A DNA stretch of 32,000 nt, taken from assembly GCF_000392435.1 (NCBI RefSeq), contig NC_021219.1:870001-902000 (forward strand), in the 5' to 3' direction. Below are positions 1-6,256 of the stretch, piece by piece. The DNA is from Candidatus Saccharimonas aalborgensis. Its GTDB lineage: Bacteria > Patescibacteriota > Saccharimonadia > Saccharimonadales > Saccharimonadaceae. A program made the position numbers and the translations under genes. A model generated the notes under the pieces. The model saw nothing but the letters and a program-made list of their open reading frames with translations. It was not told where the DNA came from and did not search any database. Each line of letters opens with the position of its first letter. The first letter of the stretch is position 1.

Positions 1-669
1 ACCGGTCTCGGCATCGACCGACAGCGGGTCGTACGACTCGAAGACGGCATTGAGGACCGACTGCAAGTTCTTGGTCACCAGGGCATCCCTGATGTTCTCG
101 AACGTGCGGTAGTTCTGGAACAGCCCATCGACCGCCGTCTCCTTGGCCTGCCACTTGACGTACATGTTGGCGCAGGCCACGATTTGGTGCGCGATGCGCA
201 CCTGGATGCAGCCCTCGTTGAAGGCGGCTCCGGTGGGGCGGTTGTGCGTGTCGGTCTGGATGGCACCGTCCATCAGAGTGACATCCTGCCACGGTGCCTT
301 GAAGTGAGGGCCGTTGGACATGGAGCTGGTGGGCGCGCCGAGGGTGGTGACCACACCGATGTCCTTGGTGGGGACGATGACGAAGGTGGAGAAGAACAGC
401 ATGATCGCGGCGAGACCCGCGAGTGCCACACTGCCGTACCTCGTGACCTTGCCGGTGATGGCCTGGGTGCTGGTGTCCGGACGCTGGGGCTGCAATTCGT
501 GGAAGTAAAGCCCGCGGTTCTCTGCAGCGTCACGCCGCGAGCGCCAGTCGGCCAGCTCCTTCTTGTAATTGTCTTCGATGCCGCTGGCATCGTCGCTGTT
601 CTTTCGCGCATAGATGCGCGTGCCGATTGCGGCAAGGAGCAGCAACGCGACAACGATGGTTTCGATCAT
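1..669 (-). CDS. SPFH/band-7 (prohibitin-like) membrane protein, first 223 codons; continues past the left edge; GC-rich segment 1
   Basis: Hand translation of the minus strand from ATG (rc of 667-669) gives MIETIVVALLLLAAIGTRIYARKNSDD...KVTRYGSVALAGLAAIMLFFSTFVIVPTKDIGVVTTLGAPTSSMSNGPHFKAPWQDVTLMDGAIQTD... This is a TM segment followed by a typical SPFH-domain entry. There is no stop before position 1, which is why it is missing from the ORF track. Third codon positions are almost all G/C. Track ORFs 184..672(+) and 273..653(-) are other frames of the same GC-rich DNA. Confidence 0.6.
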   Translation of the reverse strand, partial: MIETIVVALLLLAAIGTRIYARKNSDDASGIEDNYKKELADWRSRRDAAENRGLYFHELQPQRPDTSTQAITGKVTRYGSVALAGLAAIMLFFSTFVIVPTKDIGVVTTLGAPTSSMSNGPHFKAPWQDVTLMDGAIQTDTHNRPTGAAFNEGCIQVRIAHQIVACANMYVKWQAKETAVDGLFQNYRTFENIRDALVTKNLQSVLNAVFESYDPLSVDAETG

Positions 670-714
670 TGACAGTCTCTCTGCGACGGGTTTGGGCTCC
701 CGAATCGCACACCA

Positions 715-733
715 CTATCAAGCCAGTTGATAG
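715..733. promoter_or_regulatory. Perfect 7-5-7 palindrome CTATCAA-GCCAG-TTGATAG in the 5' leader of the SPFH gene (operator-like)
   Basis: Read directly from the sequence. It lies between the promoter at 864-836 and the start codon at 669. Confidence 0.3.
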
Positions 734-835
734 CAAGGTGCGACTCGGGATAATTCAGTAGTAAATTGATTCCTAGCTTGTCAAGCGCGAGGGTTGCTCG
801 CACTATGCACGCGTGTAGGCGTGACATCGTTGCAT

Positions 836-864
836 ATTATAGCAAATTATAGTTAAAAAGTCAA
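836..864 (-). promoter_or_regulatory. Near-consensus sigma70-type promoter TTGACT-17-TATAAT reading toward the SPFH gene
   Basis: On the minus strand: -35 TTGACT (rc of 859-864), 17-nt spacer, -10 TATAAT (rc of 836-841). It sits in AT-rich DNA divergent from pyrH. Confidence 0.45.
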
Positions 865-886
865 TACGTTTTCCAGTGGTCACACC

Positions 887-895
887 TGCTATACT
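887..895 (+). promoter_or_regulatory. Extended -10 TGCTATACT placed 6 nt before the pyrH ATG (leaderless geometry)
   Basis: TGCTATACT at 887-895, ATG at 902, and no Shine-Dalgarno sequence between them. Confidence 0.45.
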
Positions 896-901
896 AAGCT
901 C

Positions 902-1618
902 ATGTATAAACGAATCTTACTCAAACTTTCAGGCGAACAACTACAGGGCTCTCACGAGAGCGGATTTGATACTGAGCGTGCCGTGTGGATCGCTGGACAG
1001 CTCAAACAAGCCCTCGCGACAGGGGTACAAATCGTCATCATGGTTGGTGGTGGCAATTATGCGCGTGGAGCGCAGCTTGCTGATGACAAAATACAGCGCA
1101 TCACTGGGGATTATGTCGGTATGCTGGCCACACTTATGAATGCGCTGACACTGGCTGATGTATTCAATAGCGAGGGCGTCGATGCGCGAGCACTGAGCAA
1201 TATCGAGGCGAATCAGCTTGTTGACCAATTTACCCACCGTCGAGCGGTGAGCCATCTCGATAAACACCGGGTCGTGATCGTGGCGGGCGGAACTGGGCGG
1301 CCGTTCCTCACGACCGATACGGCTGCGGTCAATCTCGCACTAGAGTTACAATGTGATGTTGTAGTCAAGACAACGAAGGTTGACGGTGTCTATACCGCAG
1401 ACCCGGCTCTCGACACCACAGCTACCAAATATGAGCATCTCAGTTACGATGAAGTCATCGCTAACCCCTCTATCACCGTCATGGACAAGGCGGCAATCGG
1501 TCTCGCGCTTGAGCAGCACATTCCTATCGTGATCTGTGATCTCCTGACGGAGGGAAATATAGCCCGTGCAGCTCGTGGCGATACTGTCGGTACACTCATA
1601 GGTGAAAAAATGGCATGA
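902..1618 (+). CDS. pyrH: UMP kinase
   Basis: 238 aa. KRILLKLSGE, VGGGN and DGVYTADP are typical amino-acid-kinase / UMP kinase motifs. The stop overlaps the next gene's start (ATGA). Confidence 0.93.
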   Translation: MYKRILLKLSGEQLQGSHESGFDTERAVWIAGQLKQALATGVQIVIMVGGGNYARGAQLADDKIQRITGDYVGMLATLMNALTLADVFNSEGVDARALSNIEANQLVDQFTHRRAVSHLDKHRVVIVAGGTGRPFLTTDTAAVNLALELQCDVVVKTTKVDGVYTADPALDTTATKYEHLSYDEVIANPSITVMDKAAIGLALEQHIPIVICDLLTEGNIARAARGDTVGTLIGEKMA

Positions 1619-2460
1619 AAGCGATATCACCAACCTTGAGCGTCATTGTCTGCGCGTATAATGAAGCCGATACGATTAAGCCTTGTCTATCATCACTTAT
1701 GGAGCAACGAAAGGATATAGATGAGATTATTGTCGTCGACAATAACTCGACCGACGATACTGTCGCTATCATCAAGAAACATTTTCCAGATATCACTGTC
1801 GTCCATGAGTCAGAACAGGGATTGATACCGGCTCGAAATACCGCTTTTGACCGTGCTACGGGTATGGTTATGGCGCGCGTTGATGCTGACGCAAAGATAT
1901 TGCCAGGCTGGGCGCACGCCATAAAGCAACATTTTGCTTCGCACCCGGAGCTTTGGGCTGCTACCGGCACGGTATATTACTACGATGCTCCCCTACGGCA
2001 GCTCGTAGCAACATTGTCGATATTTTTCACGAGTACCTCAAACCGACTAACGGGAACCGCTACATTATATGGGTGCAACATGGCTGTCACGCAAAAAGCG
2101 TGGCGGGCCGTACGGAAGATTGCCTCCACTAAGCCAAGGATCATGGAAGATCTTGATCTTGCTCTCGCTATCTCAGAAAAGGGCGGTAAGATCGACTATA
2201 TTCGTGATATGCAGATCGAAGCATCGATTCGTCGTCTGATGAATACGCCCTTACTATATGCCAAGTACAATTTTCAGTGGCTACGCACCTACTGGTTGCG
2301 TGACTATCACCTGCGCGCCTGTGTAATGGCGCCGGTTGCGTTCGTTTCTACCATTGGTCAGTTCGGTGTTGCGCCAATATTGCGCCGCTACAACCCTGAG
2401 ACAAAACGAATGCAATGGCGAGTTGCTCAAGGGCAAGAAGATCGGGTAGTTCCAGAGTAA
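1615..2460 (+). CDS. Family 2 glycosyltransferase
   Basis: 281 aa. N-terminus LSVIVCAYNEADTI...IIVVDNNSTDDT and DADA are GT2 (GT-A fold) signatures. Confidence 0.85.
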   Translation: MKAISPTLSVIVCAYNEADTIKPCLSSLMEQRKDIDEIIVVDNNSTDDTVAIIKKHFPDITVVHESEQGLIPARNTAFDRATGMVMARVDADAKILPGWAHAIKQHFASHPELWAATGTVYYYDAPLRQLVATLSIFFTSTSNRLTGTATLYGCNMAVTQKAWRAVRKIASTKPRIMEDLDLALAISEKGGKIDYIRDMQIEASIRRLMNTPLLYAKYNFQWLRTYWLRDYHLRACVMAPVAFVSTIGQFGVAPILRRYNPETKRMQWRVAQGQEDRVVPE

Positions 2461-2527
2461 CCCCGTGGTGCTATACCAGTAGGTATAGTTGGTATTTTGA
2501 GACTAAGTCAATTATAATGGATCACTG

Positions 2528-3388
2528 ATGAAGCCACTACCCTCTCTCTCCATAGTTATACCGGCATATAACGAAGAATCAGTCATTGAGCGATGCCTTG
2601 TCGCGTGCGCGACACAAACCCCTTTAGCGGATGAGATTATCGTTATTGACAATAATTCTCGTGATGCGACGCTCAGTATTGCGCGGGACGTCGCTCGTCG
2701 GTACCCTCAGGCAAACATTCGTGTCGTCAGCGAAAAAAAGCAAGGCGTCTTACCGGCGCGTGATCGTGGTTTTCAGGAAGCTAGCTATGAAGTGATGGGT
2801 AGGATTGATGCAGATTCGATTCTCGAGCCAGGCTGGGTGCAGGCCGTCAAAGAAGTGTTTGCTGATCCCGAGGTGATGGCTGCCTCAGGACCAGTGGTGT
2901 ACTACGACATGCCGCTCAAGAAACTAAGTCATAAAGCAGACAATATCATTCGCAAACTACTTCACCAAAACGCCAAAGATCATCGTTTTTTGTTCGGGAC
3001 CAATATGGCTGTTCGGGCAACCGCATGGGACGCCATCAAGGACCATATTCCACCAGACCCCAATGACGAGCATCACGAGGATGTCAGCATCGCCATTACG
3101 CTGTTTCAGCATGGTCTTGAAATTGCCTATGCACCTCTGATGGTGGCCGGTATGTCGGCACGACGTATCGAGGACAAGCCCAAGGATTTTTATCGCTATA
3201 TCATGCGATACGAACGGACATTTAAGGCGCACGGCGTCAAAAGTGCTCAGGCGCGTATGCCGATCTTTATCTATCTGTTAATTTACTTTCCCATTCGCAC
3301 CATACGTCAGTTTTATGATACGGATACAAACAAGTTCACGTGGCGTAAACTCACCGAGCAGATCAAGAGTCACACGAAATCGGACTAA
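2528..3388 (+). CDS. Family 2 glycosyltransferase (paralog of 1615..2460)
   Basis: 286 aa. LSIVIPAYNEESVI...IIVIDNNSRDAT and RIDADS, with the same layout as the upstream gene. Confidence 0.85.
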   Translation: MKPLPSLSIVIPAYNEESVIERCLVACATQTPLADEIIVIDNNSRDATLSIARDVARRYPQANIRVVSEKKQGVLPARDRGFQEASYEVMGRIDADSILEPGWVQAVKEVFADPEVMAASGPVVYYDMPLKKLSHKADNIIRKLLHQNAKDHRFLFGTNMAVRATAWDAIKDHIPPDPNDEHHEDVSIAITLFQHGLEIAYAPLMVAGMSARRIEDKPKDFYRYIMRYERTFKAHGVKSAQARMPIFIYLLIYFPIRTIRQFYDTDTNKFTWRKLTEQIKSHTKSD

Positions 3389-3407
3389 AAAAACCGCATC
3401 ATGCGGT
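3387..3407 (-). terminator. Intrinsic terminator for minus-strand transcripts
   Basis: Minus-strand reading is ACCGCATGATGCGGT followed by TTTTTTT. On the plus strand the run is A7 before the hairpin, so it is oriented for the minus strand. Confidence 0.5.
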
Positions 3408-3424
3408 CAATGAGTTGTAGCGGG

Positions 3425-3468
3425 GTGACCCCGCCCCCAGAGCGTCGAGGCTCCGGAGACGGGGTCAC
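3425..3468 (-). terminator. GC-rich hairpin overlapping the stop codon of the small GC-rich ORF
   Basis: GTGACCCCG (3425-3433) pairs with CGGGGTCAC (3460-3468), a 9-bp perfect stem. There is no U-tract. Confidence 0.35.
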
Positions 3469-3638
3469 TTGCGGCCGAGCAGGTGGTCGAACAGCGTGAT
3501 GATCGCCTCTGCGATCGACACGAGCGCCGACCAGATGCTCTTGATGATGTCCGCCGCCATCGCGGGATTCTTGATGACGACATACACCCCAAACGCGATA
3601 ACCAACCACTTGATGGCAACCACTGCGCCTTTGGGCAC
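3465..3638 (-). CDS. Small hydrophobic (membrane) protein, 57 aa, GC-rich segment 2
   Basis: In-frame GTG at 3638 lies 8 nt after GGGAGG. Product is VPKGAVVAIKWLVIAFGVYVVIKNPAMAADIIKSIWSALVSIAEAIITLFDHLLGRK. Third codon positions are strongly G/C. The track ORF 3465..3704 extends upstream through the promoter, which is unlikely. Confidence 0.5.
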   Translation of the reverse strand: MPKGAVVAIKWLVIAFGVYVVIKNPAMAADIIKSIWSALVSIAEAIITLFDHLLGRK

Positions 3639-3675
3639 CGCACTCACCTCCCTTCCAGGTGTAGGTGAAGTCTGT

Positions 3676-3704
3676 ATTATACAACGAAAAAATGGATAAA
3701 TCAA
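3676..3704 (-). promoter_or_regulatory. Promoter TTGATT-17-TATAAT for the 57-aa ORF
   Basis: Minus strand: -35 is rc of 3699-3704, then an exact 17-nt spacer, then -10 as rc of 3676-3681. Confidence 0.45.
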
Positions 3705-3718
3705 ATAGAGACTTAAAT

Positions 3719-3828
3719 CTCACCCCCTCCCCACTCCAGACAACCGGCCCGCCGCTAACTAAATCAGCCTTCGCTCTTGGCGGGCCTTGGCCCATAAGGG
3801 CCAACTGTCTGTCGGAGGAGGGGGTGAG
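3719..3828 (+). repeat. Structured palindromic intergenic repeat, copy 1 (about 110 bp)
   Basis: CTCACCCCCTCCCCACTCCAGACAACCGGCCCGCC...GGCGGGCCTTGGCCCATAAGGGCCAACTGTCTGTCGGAGGAGGGGGTGAG. The terminal 12-nt arms are perfectly complementary, and there is an inner hairpin TTGGCCC-ATAA-GGGCCAA. It is nearly identical to 20960-21067 and to the reverse complement of 18915-19030. Confidence 0.85.
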
Positions 3829-3877
3829 ATCCAAGTAAGGCCATCTCAGACCTAGTGTGGTTGCAATAGCGAAGTAA

Positions 3878-4360
3878 TTACCGCGCGTGCTTTATTTGGG
3901 CGCTGCTCTCGCGGTCAGCTTGGCGCCGCTTGATTGTTTCGCGTTTGTCCCAACGCTTCTTGCCCTTGCCAAGGGCGATGACAACTTTGATATAGCGGCC
4001 CGAGGTCAGCATTTTTGTGGGGACGATCGTCATGCCAAGTTTTTTGCGAGCGGAGAATAGTTCAATTTGACGTTTGCTTGCCAGTAGTCGCCGGGGTCTC
4101 GTATCAACGCTGTGGGCACCGGGCTTACCTCTCTCGTTGAGCTTCAGACTAAAACTTGCGTTGTTGAGCCATAGGTCTCCGTCTTTGATCGTCACATAGG
4201 CGCCACGGAGTTGGATATGTCCATCACGAGCTGCCCGCACCTCTGGTCCTGTAAGTGATACGCCGGCGACGATATCATCGTCAAGCTCATAATCAAATCG
4301 GGCGCGACGATTGACGATCGGTGCTTTTGGGTGTGATACTGTGGCTTTTTTGGCGCTCAT
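3878..4360 (-). CDS. smpB: SsrA-binding protein
   Basis: Start chosen at MSAKKATVSHPKAPIVNRRARFDYEL... (ATG is rc of 4358-4360). NRRARFDY, GxEVKS-like TGPEVRA, and the basic C-terminal tail KKRWDKRETIKRR are typical SmpB features. Confidence 0.9.
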   Translation of the reverse strand: MSAKKATVSHPKAPIVNRRARFDYELDDDIVAGVSLTGPEVRAARDGHIQLRGAYVTIKDGDLWLNNASFSLKLNERGKPGAHSVDTRPRRLLASKRQIELFSARKKLGMTIVPTKMLTSGRYIKVVIALGKGKKRWDKRETIKRRQADRESSAQIKHAR

Positions 4361-4367
4361 ACTAGTG

Positions 4368-4376
4368 ATTATAGCA
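4368..4376 (-). promoter_or_regulatory. Extended -10 TGCTATAAT placed 7 nt before the smpB ATG (leaderless geometry)
   Basis: rc of 4368-4376 is TGCTATAAT. The gap 4361-4367 is followed by the ATG. Confidence 0.45.
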
Positions 4377-4405
4377 AAATACCGCAAGATGCAGGACAAA
4401 AGGTA

Positions 4406-4434
4406 TTGCTTTTTTGTAGTAATTATGCTATAAT
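4406..4434 (+). promoter_or_regulatory. Promoter TTGCTT-17-(TGC)TATAAT reading toward the 4731 ORF
   Basis: -35 at 4406-4411, 17-nt spacer ending in TGC, -10 at 4429-4434. Divergent from smpB. Confidence 0.45.
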
Positions 4435-4440
4435 GCTTTT

Positions 4441-4730
4441 TATCAGTGATGTGAGGTACAATATATCTCCCACTGCGAAGATTCCAAACGTGCTTCATGA
4501 CTCTTCTTGCGAGAGAAGCTGCCCTCTCCGATATGGTAGAACTAGCCAGCCGGCATCAAACGATTTGTTTGGTCTCGACTGGCTAGTCCCACCCGGATCC
4601 GGGACAAACCCTTTCGCTTCAAGAGTCGGAGGTTCCGGAACCTTTGACAACTCTCTCAGCGAAAGCAGCTTTACCTGCAGTACCCTCGCGACCACCGTGG
4701 CCGCGAGAACCTTCACGAAGGGAGCCAGCA
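4441..4730 (+). promoter_or_regulatory. Long (about 290 nt) multi-hairpin 5' leader or candidate structured RNA
   Basis: Five consecutive hairpins read by eye. They are 4503-4518 (CTTCT/AGAAG) and 4542-4586 (CTAGCCAG/CTGGCTAG with inner ATCAAAC/GTTTGGT). Then 4586-4605 (GTCCC/GGGAC), 4622-4654 (AGAG+TCGGAGGTT/AACCTTTGA+CTCT) and 4685-4707 (CTCGCG/CGCGAG) just before the SD. No known riboswitch motif was recognised. Confidence 0.3.
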
Positions 4731-5153
4731 ATGGCATTCGGAAACAAGGCCCGCATCGCCGCCCTCGAGGCCCGCAACGCCCAGCTCGAGCAGCTGTTCG
4801 GTCGCGCGGACGTCCGCCTGGACACCTACGGGCCCGAGCTCGCCGGCATCTTCGGTGACACCCCGACGGCTCACAGCGCCGGTCGCTGGACCTCGTCCAC
4901 GACCGTCCGCGACATCTACGGGATCAACGTGTCCAACGTGCCGGGCCGGGAGCAGGTCTCCTTCATGGCGATCAAGCACGCCGGCGCCGTCAAGCCGTTC
5001 GTCGTCTCGCTCCACCCGGGCGAGCACGTCGACTTCGACGCCAACGACTTCGCCGACCTCGAGGAGTGGGTCAACGCGGCCCGCACGGGCCAGACCCTCG
5101 ACCCCAACCGGCACGACCAGCGGGCGGCGAAGATGTTCAGCCTCGTCGGCTGA
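4731..5153 (+). CDS. Hypothetical protein, 140 aa, GC-rich segment 3
   Basis: ATG at 4731 lies 6 nt after GAAGGGAG. Product is MAFGNKARIAALEARNAQLEQLFGRADVRLDTYGPELAGIFGD... Hand-read codons end almost exclusively in G/C. The upstream part of track ORF 4644..5153 lacks an SD. Confidence 0.6.
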   Translation: MAFGNKARIAALEARNAQLEQLFGRADVRLDTYGPELAGIFGDTPTAHSAGRWTSSTTVRDIYGINVSNVPGREQVSFMAIKHAGAVKPFVVSLHPGEHVDFDANDFADLEEWVNAARTGQTLDPNRHDQRAAKMFSLVG

Positions 5154-5173
5154 CACATCTCGCTGAGAGAGCT

Positions 5174-5204
5174 GGTGGGGGCGCGCACGCTGTGCGCCCC
5201 CACC
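5174..5204 (+). terminator. GC-rich hairpin after the 4731 ORF
   Basis: GGTGGGGGCGC (5174-5184) pairs with GCGCCCCCACC (5194-5204), an 11-bp perfect stem. Confidence 0.5.
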
Positions 5205-5230
5205 ACTCTCGAACTAAAAAAATAGCAATA

Positions 5231-5261
5231 AAAAAAGAACGACCCACATGGGGTCTTTTTT
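5231..5261. terminator. Bidirectional intrinsic terminator between convergent GC-rich genes
   Basis: A7, then GACCC-ACATG-GGGTC, then T6. An A-run lies upstream and a T-run downstream, so it can work on both strands. It sits in AT-rich backbone-like DNA. Confidence 0.55.
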
Positions 5262-5299
5262 GTATAACAGAGAGAGTTGTTTGTAGCGATAGATTCCGC

Positions 5300-5342
5300 G
5301 TGAAGCGGGAGCCGGGGGCGTATCCCCCAGCTCCCGCTTCAC
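5300..5342 (-). terminator. Long GC-rich hairpin after the 231-aa ORF
   Basis: GTGAAGCGGGAGC (5300-5312) pairs with GCTCCCGCTTCAC (5330-5342), a 13-bp perfect stem, with inner GGGGG/CCCCC. It lies 14 nt past the stop at 5356. Confidence 0.5.
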
Positions 5343-5355
5343 ATGTGCGCTGGGG

Positions 5356-6051
5356 CTAGTCGAGCATGGTCTGGTAGGCCCGCGTGAGCTCGGCGTTGGC
5401 CAGCTCGACGAGCGCCTTGTAATCGGCGACGTCCCGCTCGTGGATGGCCACGAGCTTGGCATTCGCCTGCCGCTCGCGCGTCAGCGCCAGGCGGTCACGC
5501 CGCAGCTGCGCCGTCTGCTCGTCGAGCCAGCGCCCGACGTCCTCGGGTGTCTCGAGCCACTCGGGCAACTCGTCCCACTGGTACTTGCCACGCCGGAACA
5601 GCTTGCGCCACTCGCGCAGCTCGCGAGCGGTCCGGTTGAGCTCGTACTTGTGGTAGTTGAACTGGTGTCCGAGGTCGACGTTGCGTGCTTCGCGGGCGAG
5701 GCGTTCGAGCTCCCTGATGGCCTCCTGGTGCATCTGGAGCAGCTCGCCGAAAGCGACCGCCTGAGCGATCAGCTGGCGGTCGGCCTCGCTGCTGCCGTCG
5801 GCGGCATCGATGCGGATGCGCGCGATGCGGAGCAGCCCGTAGCGGAGCGCCACCTCATGGATGACGCTGCCAATGGCGGCAGCGCGGGGGAAGGCGGGGT
5901 TGAACGTCCCGTTGAAGCGGTAGTCGTTCAAGGCCTTGGCGATGAACCCATCGGGGCGGATCTCGCTGACGTACAGCGTGCTGTACATCGACATCGAGAT
6001 ACCACCGTCGTTCAGTTTGATGACGAACCGTGGCGGGAAGTTCCAACTCAT
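5356..6051 (-). CDS. Hypothetical protein, 231 aa, GC-rich segment 4
   Basis: ATG lies 8 nt after GGAGAGGAGG. The C-terminal half is rich in charged helical sequence (RELERLAREARN..., LRRDRLALTRERQ). No family was recognised by eye. Confidence 0.6.
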   Translation of the reverse strand: MSWNFPPRFVIKLNDGGISMSMYSTLYVSEIRPDGFIAKALNDYRFNGTFNPAFPRAAAIGSVIHEVALRYGLLRIARIRIDAADGSSEADRQLIAQAVAFGELLQMHQEAIRELERLAREARNVDLGHQFNYHKYELNRTARELREWRKLFRRGKYQWDELPEWLETPEDVGRWLDEQTAQLRRDRLALTRERQANAKLVAIHERDVADYKALVELANAELTRAYQTMLD

Positions 6052-6101
6052 GAAGTATGCCTCCTCTCCTGCTCGCAGTGACGGGGAATCCGTCAGGGGC
6101 T

Positions 6102-6158
6102 ACGAATCAGGAGCGGCAGCCATAGTCATAGACTCTATGACCACAACTCCTGATTCGT
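6102..6158 (-). promoter_or_regulatory. Nested inverted repeats in the 5' region of the 231-aa ORF
   Basis: Outer perfect 12-bp inverted repeat: ACGAATCAGGAG (6102-6113) with CTCCTGATTCGT (6147-6158). It encloses a perfect 8-1-8 palindrome GTCATAGA-C-TCTATGAC (6125-6141). Confidence 0.35.
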
Positions 6159-6174
6159 CTAAACTCTCTCTGTC

Positions 6175-6202
6175 AAAAAACAAGGGGCATGTGGTATGCC
6201 CT
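6175..6202 (-). terminator. Intrinsic terminator-like hairpin plus U-tract (minus strand)
   Basis: Minus-strand reading is AGGGCAT-ACCAC-ATGCCCC, then TTG, then TTTTTT. It lies downstream of the coiled-coil gene, but also downstream of the promoter-like site at 6239-6212. Confidence 0.45.
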
Positions 6203-6211
6203 CTCAAATAT

Positions 6212-6239
6212 ATTTTACAACAATAAGATTATTAGTCAA
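6212..6239 (-). promoter_or_regulatory. Promoter-like TTGACT-16-TAAAAT
   Basis: Minus strand: -35 is rc of 6234-6239, 16-nt spacer, -10 is rc of 6212-6217. Confidence 0.35.
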
Positions 6240-6256
6240 TATGCTGATCCCAGATA

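Noticed and set aside
75-736. Track ORFs 75..266(-), 184..672(+), 273..653(-), 314..508(+) and 530..736(-)
   Set aside because: These are overlapping open frames typical of GC-rich DNA. Only the minus frame ending at ATG 669 has a TM segment plus SPFH-like sequence and strongly G/C-biased third positions.
3385-3834. 149-aa ORF (minus), plus ORFs 20888..21073(-) and 18911..19147(-), sharing PSSDRQLALMGQGPP-like peptides
   Set aside because: The shared peptide is a by-product of translating the three copies of the palindromic intergenic repeat. The ORFs run through promoters and terminators and have no SD.
4640-4680. GAAAGCAGC and GGAACC sequences that superficially recall the SRP RNA helix 8 motif
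   Set aside because: The surrounding sequence does not form the conserved GNRA-capped helix with symmetric and asymmetric loops. The resemblance is limited to a few bases.
3719-4730. Search for tmRNA (ssrA) next to smpB, on both sides
   Set aside because: No tRNA-like 3' end (GGTTCGA-type T-loop followed by an acceptor stem and CCA) and no GGGG..GA 5' end were found. The downstream side is occupied by the multi-copy repeat. The upstream structured leader has no tag-like reading frame ending in a stop.
4406-4858. 150-aa ORF (+) and 80-aa ORF 4495..4737(-) covering the structured leader
   Set aside because: They have no SD and implausible low-complexity, Arg/Pro-rich translations. The plus ORF runs out of frame into the well-supported 4731 ORF.
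5440-6081. 213-aa ORF (+), with 5444..5656(+) and 5855..6046(-), overlapping the 231-aa gene
   Set aside because: These are antisense or alternative frames of GC-rich DNA without an SD. The minus-strand 5356..6051 frame has a GGAGG SD and the expected third-position bias.
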